Source: a virus (Duplodnaviria > Heunggongvirae > Uroviricota > Caudoviricetes). From it: a stretch of 64,000 nucleotides of DNA. This document shows, in pieces, positions 10,327 through 20,965 of this stretch. Position 1 is the stretch's first letter; every line of letters starts with the position of its first letter. The stretch lies in IMG/VR virus record IMGVR_UViG_3300042894_001948; one strand, given 5' to 3'. A program made the position numbers and the translations under genes. The notes beneath the pieces were generated by a model. The model was not told the DNA's origin, did no database searches, and worked only from the letters and a program-made list of their open reading frames with translations.

Positions 10327-11760
10327 TTACAAATCTGCTTTTGGTTTAAGCACTTGTGATAAACTTTGACGTTCTGCTTCTCTATGATTAAACAACATAA
10401 CTCTCCATGCTCCGGCATACGGGATAGTAACTTGTGAATCTTCTACAATTGGTAATGTAACTTTAATTTTAGAAACTCCATCAACAGTATACGATTCAAA
10501 TAGATCTGGATTATCAGCAACTACAAACTCTAAACGTGTAGTTGAGAATTTAATTACAAGGTATTTTGCAATAGTTGGATATGCAAATTCTGTATTAAAC
10601 ACAAAGTCTCCAACTGCTAATCTAACATAATCAACTGCAAGTTCTTCAGTGTACATAAATTTATTATTATTAATAAAGCTGGTTTTCAATGTTTGTCTAT
10701 TATTAGTATTTGTCATAGTCATACGTATGTTATCTTCAACTTTTAGCCAACGTTGTCCGTTAAATTTAAATAATCGATTTGGTAAAAAATCAACTCTTAA
10801 ATAAAAATCATTCTCTGCAGCGTTTTGCGGGAATCTAATTCCTGTTCCAAACACATATCCATTTGGCGGATATCCATCACCGAATAGGTAACCAGTATAA
10901 CCAGTACGTAATGGTACTGCGTTAACACTGCTAACGTTAATATTTGATAATCCGTTAATAGATTGGCTACTGTAACTAGTATCAATTTCATCTGAATCGA
11001 CTGTCATTAATATTTTATCACCTGTTTTTTCGTCAATTGCTAGTGTATAGAACTGTCTAGTTTCAAATCCGCTCATTGGCGAATCAAGTTCAGCTTGTCT
11101 TACAATTGCGTCAGTAATTTCAAGTTCTTTGTTGCGTGTACTTAATAAATCACGAAGTGCATATGGTGCATCTTCTCCTGCAGGTTTGTCAAGTATATCA
11201 GAATATTGTTGTGTATCTGTTAATTTTTTAAGTTTTAATCTATATAAATGTGGATACCATGTAGCACTATACCCTTCACTAGGACGATCTACTTCTTCAA
11301 TAACAAAGAATCTAGGTACACTAAGATCTAAGTCGTTCAGTGCAAAATCATCTTTCAAATGAGGTAATTCCATAACGTCACCAGCAAGTGGTTTACGGCC
11401 TATTGTTGTGACTATGTCGTTAATGTGTACTGTCATAAACACAGTATCATTATCAATAAACAAACCAAACTGGCTTAAATTGAAATTAAGATTTTGAAGT
11501 TGATAATGCCCGCGAATACGGTAAATTTCTGGTTCGTATTTACGATCACGGTTTTCTAAGAATAATAAATCTTGAATATTTGTTTCTTTTATTACATCAT
11601 ATATTGGTTGATCAGCAGTTCCTTCTAACGGATTTTTAGGTCCTAAATATTTATGAACGTGAACATCTGTGCAACCGACTTGAAACATCATTGATATTTG
11701 ACGATCGATAAATCTGTAGTTATTGCCTTTCTCGGGTTTATAAAGACTAAGCCTCGGCAT
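10327..11760 (-). CDS. gp14: Neck/head-closure protein, T4 gp14-like
   Basis: LSQFGLF...PLAGDVMELPH pattern; adjacent to gp13- and gp15-like genes. Confidence 0.65.
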   Translation of the reverse strand: MPRLSLYKPEKGNNYRFIDRQISMMFQVGCTDVHVHKYLGPKNPLEGTADQPIYDVIKETNIQDLLFLENRDRKYEPEIYRIRGHYQLQNLNFNLSQFGLFIDNDTVFMTVHINDIVTTIGRKPLAGDVMELPHLKDDFALNDLDLSVPRFFVIEEVDRPSEGYSATWYPHLYRLKLKKLTDTQQYSDILDKPAGEDAPYALRDLLSTRNKELEITDAIVRQAELDSPMSGFETRQFYTLAIDEKTGDKILMTVDSDEIDTSYSSQSINGLSNINVSSVNAVPLRTGYTGYLFGDGYPPNGYVFGTGIRFPQNAAENDFYLRVDFLPNRLFKFNGQRWLKVEDNIRMTMTNTNNRQTLKTSFINNNKFMYTEELAVDYVRLAVGDFVFNTEFAYPTIAKYLVIKFSTTRLEFVVADNPDLFESYTVDGVSKIKVTLPIVEDSQVTIPYAGAWRVMLFNHREAERQSLSQVLKPKADL

Positions 11761-11783
11761 ATTACTTCTCCTTGAGTGTTATC

Positions 11784-11805
11784 ATATTTATCGTAAGATA
11801 AATAT
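11784..11805. promoter_or_regulatory. Back-to-back late promoters (GATAAATA on both strands)
   Basis: ATATTTATC-GTAA-GATAAATAT between divergent neck genes; resembles the T4 late promoter TATAAATA. Confidence 0.65.
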
Positions 11806-11820
11806 AGTAGGAGAACTATT

Positions 11821-12591
11821 ATGTCTGACGAAACCACATCATTGATAGAAAGAAATAAAGTATTTGAATATGTAAGCACTATGTTAGGTGCGGGAATGAT
11901 TGATTTGGACCTCGACCCAATTCATTACGAAACTGCATTAGATAGAGCGTTAACTCGCTTTAGACAACGCAGTCCGAATGCAGTAGAAGAAAGTTATAGC
12001 TTTTTAGAACTAGTACAAGATCAAAACGATTACAGATTACCTGATGAAATTATAGAAGTACAAAGCGTATTTAGACGTGCTATTGGGTCACGGTCTGGTA
12101 TGGGTGCAGGCGGTACATTATTTGAACCATTTAACTTAGCATACACTAACACATATATGATGAGTGGTAGTATGATGGGCGGACTTGCAACTTACGAATT
12201 ATTTGCAGGATATCAAAAATTAGTTGGTAAAATGTTTGGTAGTTATATTGAATTCAAATGGAAACCACAAAGCCATATCTTAACAATCTTACAACGACCA
12301 TTTGCACAAGGTGAACAGATTTTAATTAAGTCACACAATTATCGTCCTGACTTTGTATTACTAACTGACATCTATGCTAAACAATGGTTGCGTGATTACA
12401 CACTTGCTACATGTAAAATTATGCTAGGAGAAGCACGTAGTTTGTTTTCAACTATTGCAGGACCAGGTGGCGGTATTACTCTAAACGGTAATGACATGAA
12501 ATCTGCAGGTAAAGAAGAGCTTATTGCGCTTGACAAAGAACTTGAAACTTATATTTCTGGCGGAACTGGTTATACTTTTGTGATTGGCTGA
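11821..12591 (+). CDS. gp13: Neck protein, T4 gp13-like
   Basis: LGAGMIDLDL, WLRDYTLAxxKxxLGEARS, PGGGITLNG motifs. Confidence 0.85.
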   Translation: MSDETTSLIERNKVFEYVSTMLGAGMIDLDLDPIHYETALDRALTRFRQRSPNAVEESYSFLELVQDQNDYRLPDEIIEVQSVFRRAIGSRSGMGAGGTLFEPFNLAYTNTYMMSGSMMGGLATYELFAGYQKLVGKMFGSYIEFKWKPQSHILTILQRPFAQGEQILIKSHNYRPDFVLLTDIYAKQWLRDYTLATCKIMLGEARSLFSTIAGPGGGITLNGNDMKSAGKEELIALDKELETYISGGTGYTFVIG

Positions 12592-12592
12592 T

Positions 12593-12621
12593 TTGACATT
12601 CTTCTAAAATTAGTGTATAAT
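12593..12621 (+). promoter_or_regulatory. Sigma70-type promoter
   Basis: TTGACA-17 bp-TATAAT. Confidence 0.85.
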
Positions 12622-12643
12622 ATATTTTTTTTAGGAGAATAAT

Positions 12644-13555
12644 ATGTTTTTACAAAACATGTTTTTACAAAACAAATATACGAATTGGTATTTTTCTATA
12701 ATTAAGAAACGACAAGAGTCTCCGGCAACTGTGGCAATTGAAAACCATCATATTATACCTGAAAGTTTTTATAAAAAAAGAAAACGAAAAGGCCCAGCAG
12801 GATGGTTAGACGGAAATCCTGATGCATTAGAAAATATAGTTGCTCTTACTGGTCGAGAACATTTTATATGTCATCGTCTTCTTACTAAAATGGTAGACGG
12901 AGTACCAAAAGCAAAAATGGTCCATGCTCTATCTTTTATGTTATCGATAAACAATACATCTAAAACTTATAGAATTACATCTAGGGTATATCAATCATTA
13001 AGATCATTAATGGCAGATATTATGAAAGAAGAATGGACTATAAAACGACGACAAGATCGTTCAAAATTAATGAAAGGTAGTCTTAATCATTTTTATGGAA
13101 AACAACACTCGGACGAAACTAAAGAAAAAATGCGAAATCGCATAGTATCAGAAAGTACTAAATTATTAATTTCAAAAACCCAAAAAGACCGATACACGCG
13201 TAGTCCTGGTACATTTTTAGGAAAGCATCATACAGAAGAAACTAAAGAAAAACTTCGGCAACAGCATTTAGGTCGCAAAGATTCGGATGAAACTAAACTT
13301 AAAAAATCGATAGCTGGAAAAAATAAACCATCAACTTCTATCGAAGCTCGTCGTAAGATAAGTGAAAAAAATAAAGGGAAAAATCGATCAGGAATATTGA
13401 ATGGATTTTATGGTAAAACCCATTCTGCAGATCAACGTCAGAGAAAAAGTAACGAAAAACAAAACGCACCTAAACAGATATGTGAATTTTGTAATAAATT
13501 AATAGATCCAATGAATTATGGGAGATGGCATGGTCAAAAATGTAAATACAAATAA
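12644..13555 (+). CDS. Free-standing HNH homing endonuclease with NUMOD3 repeats
   Basis: ENHHIIP...NIVALTGREHFICHRLL HNH core; repeated FYGKxHS/TxETKEK; C-terminal CxxC..H..C. Confidence 0.9.
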   Translation: MFLQNMFLQNKYTNWYFSIIKKRQESPATVAIENHHIIPESFYKKRKRKGPAGWLDGNPDALENIVALTGREHFICHRLLTKMVDGVPKAKMVHALSFMLSINNTSKTYRITSRVYQSLRSLMADIMKEEWTIKRRQDRSKLMKGSLNHFYGKQHSDETKEKMRNRIVSESTKLLISKTQKDRYTRSPGTFLGKHHTEETKEKLRQQHLGRKDSDETKLKKSIAGKNKPSTSIEARRKISEKNKGKNRSGILNGFYGKTHSADQRQRKSNEKQNAPKQICEFCNKLIDPMNYGRWHGQKCKYK

Positions 13556-14171
13556 ATTAGTAGGAATCGTAGGAAACATAGGTGAAGGCAAAGACACTAT
13601 TGCAGATTACTTAGTTAATCAACATAACTTTAAACGTGAAAGTTTTGCAGGTACATTAAAAGATGCAGTTTCTGCTGTGTTTGGATGGGACAGAACATTG
13701 CTTGAAGGACAAACTACCGAGTCAAGAGAATGGCGTGAACAAGTTGATCAATGGTGGGCAGATAAATTAAATATTCCAAACTTAACCCCTCGTTATGTAT
13801 TGCAGCAATGGGGTACAGAAGTATGTAGAAGAAGTTTTCATGACGCTATTTGGGTTGCAAGTTTAGAAAATAAACTAAGAAATATAACCACCAATGTTGT
13901 TATTAGTGATTGTAGATTTCCAAATGAATTTGCAGCTATTAAAAATGCAGGCGGTATCATTGTTCGTGTAAAGCGCGGTCCGGACCCAGAGTGGCATACA
14001 CATGCACAAGGTGCATTAGCTGGTAAAATAGAAGACATATTGATCTTAAAAGAATTTGGAATACACGAAAGTGAATGGGCATGGTACGGGTTAACTGTAG
14101 ACTACACGATAGACAACAACAGCACACTTGATGCATTATACGCAAAAATAACGGAAATAATTAAGATATAA
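13530..14171 (+). CDS. gp1: Deoxynucleoside monophosphate kinase, T4 gp1-like
   Basis: GIVGNIGEGKDT P-loop, SFAGTLKD, TPRYVLQQWGTE, ISDCRFPNE, HESE; start uncertain (13518 or 13530). Confidence 0.9.
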   Translation: MVKNVNTNKLVGIVGNIGEGKDTIADYLVNQHNFKRESFAGTLKDAVSAVFGWDRTLLEGQTTESREWREQVDQWWADKLNIPNLTPRYVLQQWGTEVCRRSFHDAIWVASLENKLRNITTNVVISDCRFPNEFAAIKNAGGIIVRVKRGPDPEWHTHAQGALAGKIEDILILKEFGIHESEWAWYGLTVDYTIDNNSTLDALYAKITEIIKI

Positions 14172-14192
14172 CGCCATAAAATTACATTTTCC

Positions 14193-14200
14193 TATAAATA
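14193..14200 (+). promoter_or_regulatory. T4-like late promoter
   Basis: TATAAATA upstream of the sheath gene; similar xATAAATA at 18503, 20940, 23327, 25193, 38501 and 41761. Confidence 0.7.
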
Positions 14201-14232
14201 CAGTTAGAACTTGTATATATGGAGATTATAAT

Positions 14233-17200
14233 ATGGCTCAAACACTCAGTTCACCAGGGGTAAGCGTTTCAATCACCGATGAAAGTGCATACACTGCCGC
14301 ACCTGCTGGTACAATCCCTTTAATTTTTGTTGCCTCTGCTTCAAATAAATTAACAGATGCTGGAACAGGAATTGCTCCAGGAACCTTAGCAGAAAATGAC
14401 GGTAAAGTATATCTACTTACTGGTCAAAAAGATTTATTAGACACATTTGGTACACCAGTTTTTAAAACTGATTCAAATAATAATGCACAACATGCTCACG
14501 AACAAAATGAGTATGGATTACAAGCTGCTTACAGTTATTTAGGTGTAGCAAACCGCGCGTATGTAGCTCGTGCAAGTATTGACATGTCACAATTAGTTGG
14601 CACAACTGTTATTCCAGCAGGAATTCCAGAAGACGGTACATTTTGGTTAGACACTAGCAGTTCAAAATGGGGTATTTTTGAATGGGATAGTCGTCCATCA
14701 TCAGGTACTGGATCAGCACTAACTGGACAAACTTTTGTTAACAAAATTCCAACTGTAATTACAGAATCTACTGATGTAGACGGATCTACTCCAAAATCAA
14801 GTGTTGGAGCTCCGGGATCTTATGCAATTGTTGCAGTAACTAGTCTTATGAAATTATGGTATAAAAGACCAGGCATTGGTATCAATATTCCTCCGGTATG
14901 GGTTGAAGTCGGTACTGCAGAATGGGCTGCTAGTTTTCCAGCTGTTTCTAGTACTGCAGTAGTAGATGATACAGATATTTCTATTGCTGACGAACTTGTT
15001 ATTACTGCAGGCGATTTATTACCACAAACAACTACTAACAAAACAACATTAGCTGCAATTGTAGATGACATTAATAATAACGTTGTACTTAACGGTGTAG
15101 TTTCTGCTCGTGCAGTTAACAGCAAATTATACTTGTATTCAACCGGTGTTAACATTAGTTTAGATGGAACTAACTCTACTGCATTTGCTAGTTTGAATTT
15201 AAGAAATGACAACACAGGAACACCTGCTGCGTCAGTATTTTATGCACCAGCATTATCTATTGCACCACATACTGCAGTTCCGGATTTTAAAATTAAAACA
15301 AATAATAGACCGTCTGGATCAGTTTGGATTAAAACAACTCCAATTAATAAAGGTACTGATCTAATGATCAGTGTTTATAAACAGGCAGCTAAATCATGGA
15401 TTCCAAAAACTGTTTCAGTATATCCAAATAACGCTAGCGCATTAAACGGGTTAGATTCGTCAGGCGGCGGGTTAAACATTGTTGGTAATACAGTTTATGC
15501 TAAAACTAATGATGCAGAACTTACACCAACTTCTGCATCATTTAAGTTGTATCGTAGAAGTAATACAACCGCTACTATAATCGAATCTGTTGAAATTAAA
15601 AGAACGACATTTGCTCCAAGCAACAGTGCAACTTTTAGATTAAGTGAAAGTGTTCCTGGATCTAATTCGTTAATTACAAGAACCGTAGTAATTGGTACTA
15701 TTGCGTCGGATGCAACGGTTCAAACTATTATTGATGCAATTCTTTTTGGAATTAACAATGTTAGTCAAGGTGCAACAACTAATGTTACTGCATATCAAGT
15801 AGGAAGTAAAATTGCTATTAAACATGCAACAGGTGGTGAAATTGAATTTGCACAAACAGGTACAACACCTAATAACATTGTTACTAAGTTGTTTGGTAAT
15901 CCATCTACACCGTCTGGGTTGGCAAATTCGTCATTAAACTTCTATGCTCATCCAGGTGGCAACACTACAATTACTATAGGTGGTACACCTACCGTTTATA
16001 ATAGATTTGTTGCTACACTCTGGACCGAATATACATCAGATAGATTATCATCATTTGCTCATTTAACTCCTAAAGAACCAGTTAGTGGCCCATCAGAAGG
16101 ACAATTGTGGTTTGATTCTAAAGTTGAAGACGTTGATCTTATGTTCTTAGATATTGTTGATGGAACACCTACATGGGTGGCATTTAACAATTACAACTCA
16201 GGAGGTATATTAAAAAATCCAAAAGGACCATTTGTTTCTGCAACAAAACCAAAATTACAATCAGATGGTGGTGCATTAGCCGAAGGTGATATTTGGGTTG
16301 ACATGTCAGATTTAAACAACTATCCAAAAATTTACAGATATATTGATTTTGATAAACAATGGGAATTAATGGATACTACTGATCATACTACTGAAAATGG
16401 TATTATTTTTGCTGATGCAAGATGGAGTACTAATGGCGGACCTGACATGGGTTTATTATCAGATATGTTAGGTGGTTTTTCAGAAGGCGGTGATTTAACA
16501 TTTGCACAAGCACAGGCATTAAACGATGCTGCTAACTTTGTAGATTTTGATGCACCAAATCCTGCATTATATGCAAAAGGTATGCTGTTATGGAATTTAC
16601 GTAGAAGTGGTAATAACGTTAAAAAATATCGTAAAACATATATTAATCCATTACACCGTAACACACGCCGTAATGACGAAGTAATGAATGAAACTAATGG
16701 TTATACTACAACTTCTCGTTGGGTAACTGAATCAGGAAACCAAAGCAACGGTATTGGTTCATTTGGTTATAAAGCACAACGTAAGGTTGTTATTCAGTCA
16801 TTACAAGCATTGGTTAACACTAATTTTCAAGTTCGTGATACAGAACAACGTGTATTTAATTTACTTGCTGCTCCTGGGTATCCTGAGTTAGTTGGAGAAT
16901 TAAGAGTGTTAAACTCAGATCGTGGCCTTACTGCATTTATTATTGCTGATAGTCCTGCTCGTTTAGCACCTAACGCAACTGATATTAGCAACTGGGGACA
17001 TAATGCTAAGTTAGCAACAGAAGATAACGATGACGGTTTAGTTAGTGCTGATCCATATGTAGCGTTTTTCTATCCCTGGGGTATGGCAAGCGACAACAAA
17101 GGATTAAATGTTGTACTTCCTCCATCGCATATGATGTTAACAACAATTGCATTAAACGATCAAAAATCTTATCCGTGGTTTGCGCCAGCTGGAACTAGCA

Positions 17201-17703
17201 GAGGTGCTATTACTAACATTAGTTCAACTGGTTATGTTACAAGCTCTGGTAAATATCAAACAATTGCATTAAACAACGGGTTGCGCGATACATTGGCCGA
17301 TATTAAAGTTAATCCAATTACTTACCTTGATGGACAAGGGATTGTTAACTTTGGTCAATATACACGTTCGCCTAACGCATCATCTTTAGATCGTATTAAC
17401 GTTGCTCGGTTGGTAGTATTTTTGCGTAGACAGCTTGAAAGAGCAACTAGATCATACTTATTTGAACCAAATGATCCAAGAACACGGTCTGAAGCTAAAA
17501 AAGCAGTTGAAGCAATCTTTACTGATGTTATGTCTAAACGAGGAATTATGGATTTCGCAGTCCAATGTGACGGACAAAATAATACGCCAGATAGAATTGA
17601 TCGTAGTGAACTATGGATTGATGTTGCAATTCAACCAATGAAGGCAGTAGAATTTATTTATATTCCATTGCGTTTGAGAAATACCGGCGAATCATTAAAA
17701 TAA
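14233..17703 (+). CDS. gp18: Tail sheath protein
   Basis: SPGVSVSITDES start; PWFAPAGTSRG, DRINVARL, FEPND, IQPMKAVEFIYI. Confidence 0.95.
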   Translation: MAQTLSSPGVSVSITDESAYTAAPAGTIPLIFVASASNKLTDAGTGIAPGTLAENDGKVYLLTGQKDLLDTFGTPVFKTDSNNNAQHAHEQNEYGLQAAYSYLGVANRAYVARASIDMSQLVGTTVIPAGIPEDGTFWLDTSSSKWGIFEWDSRPSSGTGSALTGQTFVNKIPTVITESTDVDGSTPKSSVGAPGSYAIVAVTSLMKLWYKRPGIGINIPPVWVEVGTAEWAASFPAVSSTAVVDDTDISIADELVITAGDLLPQTTTNKTTLAAIVDDINNNVVLNGVVSARAVNSKLYLYSTGVNISLDGTNSTAFASLNLRNDNTGTPAASVFYAPALSIAPHTAVPDFKIKTNNRPSGSVWIKTTPINKGTDLMISVYKQAAKSWIPKTVSVYPNNASALNGLDSSGGGLNIVGNTVYAKTNDAELTPTSASFKLYRRSNTTATIIESVEIKRTTFAPSNSATFRLSESVPGSNSLITRTVVIGTIASDATVQTIIDAILFGINNVSQGATTNVTAYQVGSKIAIKHATGGEIEFAQTGTTPNNIVTKLFGNPSTPSGLANSSLNFYAHPGGNTTITIGGTPTVYNRFVATLWTEYTSDRLSSFAHLTPKEPVSGPSEGQLWFDSKVEDVDLMFLDIVDGTPTWVAFNNYNSGGILKNPKGPFVSATKPKLQSDGGALAEGDIWVDMSDLNNYPKIYRYIDFDKQWELMDTTDHTTENGIIFADARWSTNGGPDMGLLSDMLGGFSEGGDLTFAQAQALNDAANFVDFDAPNPALYAKGMLLWNLRRSGNNVKKYRKTYINPLHRNTRRNDEVMNETNGYTTTSRWVTESGNQSNGIGSFGYKAQRKVVIQSLQALVNTNFQVRDTEQRVFNLLAAPGYPELVGELRVLNSDRGLTAFIIADSPARLAPNATDISNWGHNAKLATEDNDDGLVSADPYVAFFYPWGMASDNKGLNVVLPPSHMMLTTIALNDQKSYPWFAPAGTSRGAITNISSTGYVTSSGKYQTIALNNGLRDTLADIKVNPITYLDGQGIVNFGQYTRSPNASSLDRINVARLVVFLRRQLERATRSYLFEPNDPRTRSEAKKAVEAIFTDVMSKRGIMDFAVQCDGQNNTPDRIDRSELWIDVAIQPMKAVEFIYIPLRLRNTGESLK

Positions 17704-17713
17704 GGAGAAAACA

Positions 17714-18412
17714 ATGGCAGAGACAGACACACCACCGGGCATTACATCGTTAACTAATTTTTCAGTTCCGATAGATAAGGACGCTACAAATGAGGCAATG
17801 TTAATGCCTAAATTGAAATATCGCTTTAGAGTGTTATTTTCAAATTTTGGTATTACTGATGCAGATACAGGATTACAATTAACTAAACAAATTGTTGAAG
17901 CAAATCGTCCAACAGTTAAATTTGCTGATCAAAAAATTGATGTATATAACAGTACAATTCATTATGCAGGCAAAGCTAATTGGGATCCAATTTCAATTAA
18001 ATTACGTGACGATTCAACAGGTGTAGTTAACAAACTTGTTGGTCAACAAAACCAAAAACAATTTGATTTCTATGAACAAAGTTCAGCTGCAGCAGCAGGC
18101 GATTATAAGTTTAATATGACAATTCAAATGTTAGATGGCGGAAACGCAGGAACATTCTCCATTGGAGACGGATCTGTAAATATTTTAGAAACATGGGAAT
18201 GTGTTGGATGTTATATTGTATCGTCTACATTTGGACAATTACAATATTCAGATCAAGGTACTGGTATGACAATCGATTTATCAATTCAACCTGACAACTG
18301 TATTCAAACAGCCGGCGGTGGCATTGGAAGTACAGAAACCGGTGCTTCTAGAATTAGTTATGCTCCTGATTCAGCCGGTGGAACAGCAACTATTAAAAGT
18401 ACTACAGAGTAG
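17714..18412 (+). CDS. gp19: Tail tube protein
   Basis: Directly after the sheath; PKLKYRFRV...RP...YAGK..W pattern. Confidence 0.85.
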   Translation: MAETDTPPGITSLTNFSVPIDKDATNEAMLMPKLKYRFRVLFSNFGITDADTGLQLTKQIVEANRPTVKFADQKIDVYNSTIHYAGKANWDPISIKLRDDSTGVVNKLVGQQNQKQFDFYEQSSAAAAGDYKFNMTIQMLDGGNAGTFSIGDGSVNILETWECVGCYIVSSTFGQLQYSDQGTGMTIDLSIQPDNCIQTAGGGIGSTETGASRISYAPDSAGGTATIKSTTE

Positions 18413-18436
18413 TTACTACTACAGAGTAGTTCAATT

Positions 18437-18468
18437 AAAAAAAGCCCGTTTTATACGGGCTTTTTTTT
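18437..18468 (+). terminator. Intrinsic terminator
   Basis: GCCCGT-tttat-ACGGGC followed by T8 and preceded by A7. Confidence 0.9.
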
Positions 18469-18515
18469 GACTGCTGTATAAAACTCTCCACTTTATTAAA
18501 AAGATAAATATATGT

Positions 18516-19622
18516 ATGTCATTTACACCTACTTCAGAATTACAATCAGATCCAATAACTATCCTCAGATGCCGGCAACATGCGTCTAGGATTTTTGCTG
18601 ACGATCAATTTAGATTATTACCAAAAACTAAATTTTTATTTCATGTGTCCTTTAATATCGATTGGGATGTAGTTAACCCAGTTCCGAAATCAGACCCAAT
18701 TAAAGGATTAGTAGAAACACTTCAAGATGAAATTAATTTATTAGTTAAAGGCGTTAATTTACCTTCATATTCAGTACAACACGAAGTACTAAATCAGTAT
18801 AATAGAAAAAAAGTAGTTCAATATCAACATAAGTATAATGATATTGATATTGCATTCCACGATGACAACATGGGTCTTGTAAATCAAATGTGGCAATTAT
18901 ATTACAAATATTATTACGCTGATCCTACAGTTTCTGTTAAAGATTCTGCATATATAAAAAATGCAACATTAAACTCAAGTTATATTACGTCACCGTATGG
19001 GTACAATGGTCGTAAGAAACCATTTTTTAAAGATATTATGATTTTTCAAATGTCAAGAAAAGAATTTGTAAGTTATAAATTAATCAACCCGGTAATTACA
19101 TCATGGACAGGTGGGAAATTAGGTTATCACGAAACCGCATCTCACGAATTTGATATGAAAATAGCATACGAAGCAGTGTCGTTTAATACCGGATGGGTTA
19201 ATCATATCGATGATGGTAACAAATCCGAGATGGATAATTTTGGTGCATTATCTCCACTATACGATCTTACACTCTCGCCGTTATCAAACATAGATCCAAA
19301 TAAAGATATAAACAGTATACCAGAAGGGTCGCATTCATTTGCAAAAGCATGGTTTGGTTCTACCGATCCGTCAACACCAAGTAACCTTAATTCAACTGAT
19401 GGTGATAAAATTACATCTAAATCTGCAGCTGGAAGTACTAAGCAACTAGCCTATAATTCGTTACTTGCATCACAACAGGCAGCTAGCGGTGTACAAGATA
19501 TTTCGCTTCCGGTAGGACAATTTAATGCTAATTCATCCGCAGCAACGCAATCTAAAATGAAAACCACAACTGTTAGCACTGCTGATACTACTACTAATCC
19601 CCCTACATATACAGGTCGATAA
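18516..19622 (+). CDS. Tail-tube-related/baseplate structural protein
   Basis: VNLPSY...NQYNRK...I.FHDD tube-like pattern; late promoter upstream. Confidence 0.6.
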   Translation: MSFTPTSELQSDPITILRCRQHASRIFADDQFRLLPKTKFLFHVSFNIDWDVVNPVPKSDPIKGLVETLQDEINLLVKGVNLPSYSVQHEVLNQYNRKKVVQYQHKYNDIDIAFHDDNMGLVNQMWQLYYKYYYADPTVSVKDSAYIKNATLNSSYITSPYGYNGRKKPFFKDIMIFQMSRKEFVSYKLINPVITSWTGGKLGYHETASHEFDMKIAYEAVSFNTGWVNHIDDGNKSEMDNFGALSPLYDLTLSPLSNIDPNKDINSIPEGSHSFAKAWFGSTDPSTPSNLNSTDGDKITSKSAAGSTKQLAYNSLLASQQAASGVQDISLPVGQFNANSSAATQSKMKTTTVSTADTTTNPPTYTGR

Positions 19623-19631
19623 AGGAAATTT

Positions 19632-19994
19632 ATGAATTCAAATTTACCACAGACATCATCAAATGCAGCCGAAATTAAACAATTCTTTGACAAGTATTAT
19701 GTTAATACAGTTACCTTTCCATCAAATGATATTGATGCAACGGTTGGATTTTTTCAGAGACGTGGCTTTGATTTATCAAGTGCAAGAACAGTTGCTATCG
19801 TACTATTAAATCAAGCTAAAGCTGATAATATACCAGTATTTGAATTATTAGATACCCTTAAAGTTGTGCCTACTATGCAGTTATCATCAGTTGTTGCACA
19901 AATTTTAAATGCATATAGAGAAAAAACAAGTTTAATTGGTTATCGAGTTAAGGGCACCAATAGCGCGTATGAAAAAAGAAATATATTAGTATGA
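19632..19994 (+). CDS. Hypothetical virion protein
   Basis: RBS, coupled to the next gene. Confidence 0.55.
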   Translation: MNSNLPQTSSNAAEIKQFFDKYYVNTVTFPSNDIDATVGFFQRRGFDLSSARTVAIVLLNQAKADNIPVFELLDTLKVVPTMQLSSVVAQILNAYREKTSLIGYRVKGTNSAYEKRNILV

Positions 19995-20440
19995 GCAGCC
20001 GTAAATTTGCAAAAGGAAAATATAACATAGTTAATCCTGGGAAATATGTAGGAACTAAAGTTCCGTATTACAGAAGTTCGTGGGAGTGGAACTTTATGAA
20101 CATGTGCGATACTAATCCCGGTATTCAAAAATGGGCAAGTGAAGCAATAACTATTCCGTATAGAGATCCACTAACTAATCGCAACACCATTTACCTTCCT
20201 GATTTTTTTATTCAATATGTAGATAAGAATAATCATATACATAATGAAGTAATTGAAATAAAACCTGCAAGTCAGCATATATTAGAACGTGTTGGTAAGA
20301 ACAAATATAATCAAGCACAGTTTATTAAAAATCAAGCTAAATGGGCAGCAGCTAATGCATACTGCAAACAAAATGGATTAGTATTTAGGGTTATAAATGA
20401 GGATGATATTTTTCACAACGGCGGTAAACAACGTAAATAG
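19991..20440 (+). CDS. gp4: Head completion nuclease, T4 gp4-like
   Basis: NPGKYVG, YRSSWE, WASE, YLPDF, EIKP, NQAKWAAA. Confidence 0.9.
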   Translation: MSSRKFAKGKYNIVNPGKYVGTKVPYYRSSWEWNFMNMCDTNPGIQKWASEAITIPYRDPLTNRNTIYLPDFFIQYVDKNNHIHNEVIEIKPASQHILERVGKNKYNQAQFIKNQAKWAAANAYCKQNGLVFRVINEDDIFHNGGKQRK

Positions 20441-20461
20441 TATATTACACAAGGATAACCT

Positions 20462-20944
20462 ATGACGCGTAAGTTAGAAGAATTATTAAATTTACCAGAA
20501 AGTAAAACTATTATAAAAGAATCAGAAGCACAACTACCGCTACCTCCTGTTCCTACACCGTTATTTAGAGACATAGCTGAATTTGATAAAATATCAGCAG
20601 CTCTGCCACAAGTAAAAGGTCTAGGAGACATTAGTGATACAGAGTTTGATGCTCTAGCGCAGCGTGCAACTGATGCATATGACGACTTAATGGATTTAGG
20701 AATGAACGTTGAAGCTAGATATAGCGGACGTGTGTTTGAAGTTGCTGCTAGTATGTTAAAGAATGCAATTGATGCCAAATCCGCTAAAATAGATAAGAAA
20801 CTTAAAATGATTGAACTTCAAATTAAAAAACAAAAATTAGATAATGATGCACATCCGGAAGATACTAGCGTTAATATTCAAGGCGATGGCTTTATCGTAA
20901 CCGATCGTAACAGTTTGATCGAAAAATTAAAGAATATGAAATAA
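20462..20944 (+). CDS. Probable terminase small subunit
   Basis: Helical protein with RVFEVA..ML; position upstream of terL. Confidence 0.55.
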   Translation: MTRKLEELLNLPESKTIIKESEAQLPLPPVPTPLFRDIAEFDKISAALPQVKGLGDISDTEFDALAQRATDAYDDLMDLGMNVEARYSGRVFEVAASMLKNAIDAKSAKIDKKLKMIELQIKKQKLDNDAHPEDTSVNIQGDGFIVTDRNSLIEKLKNMK

Positions 20945-20965
20945 ATATATTATCAAGGATACATT

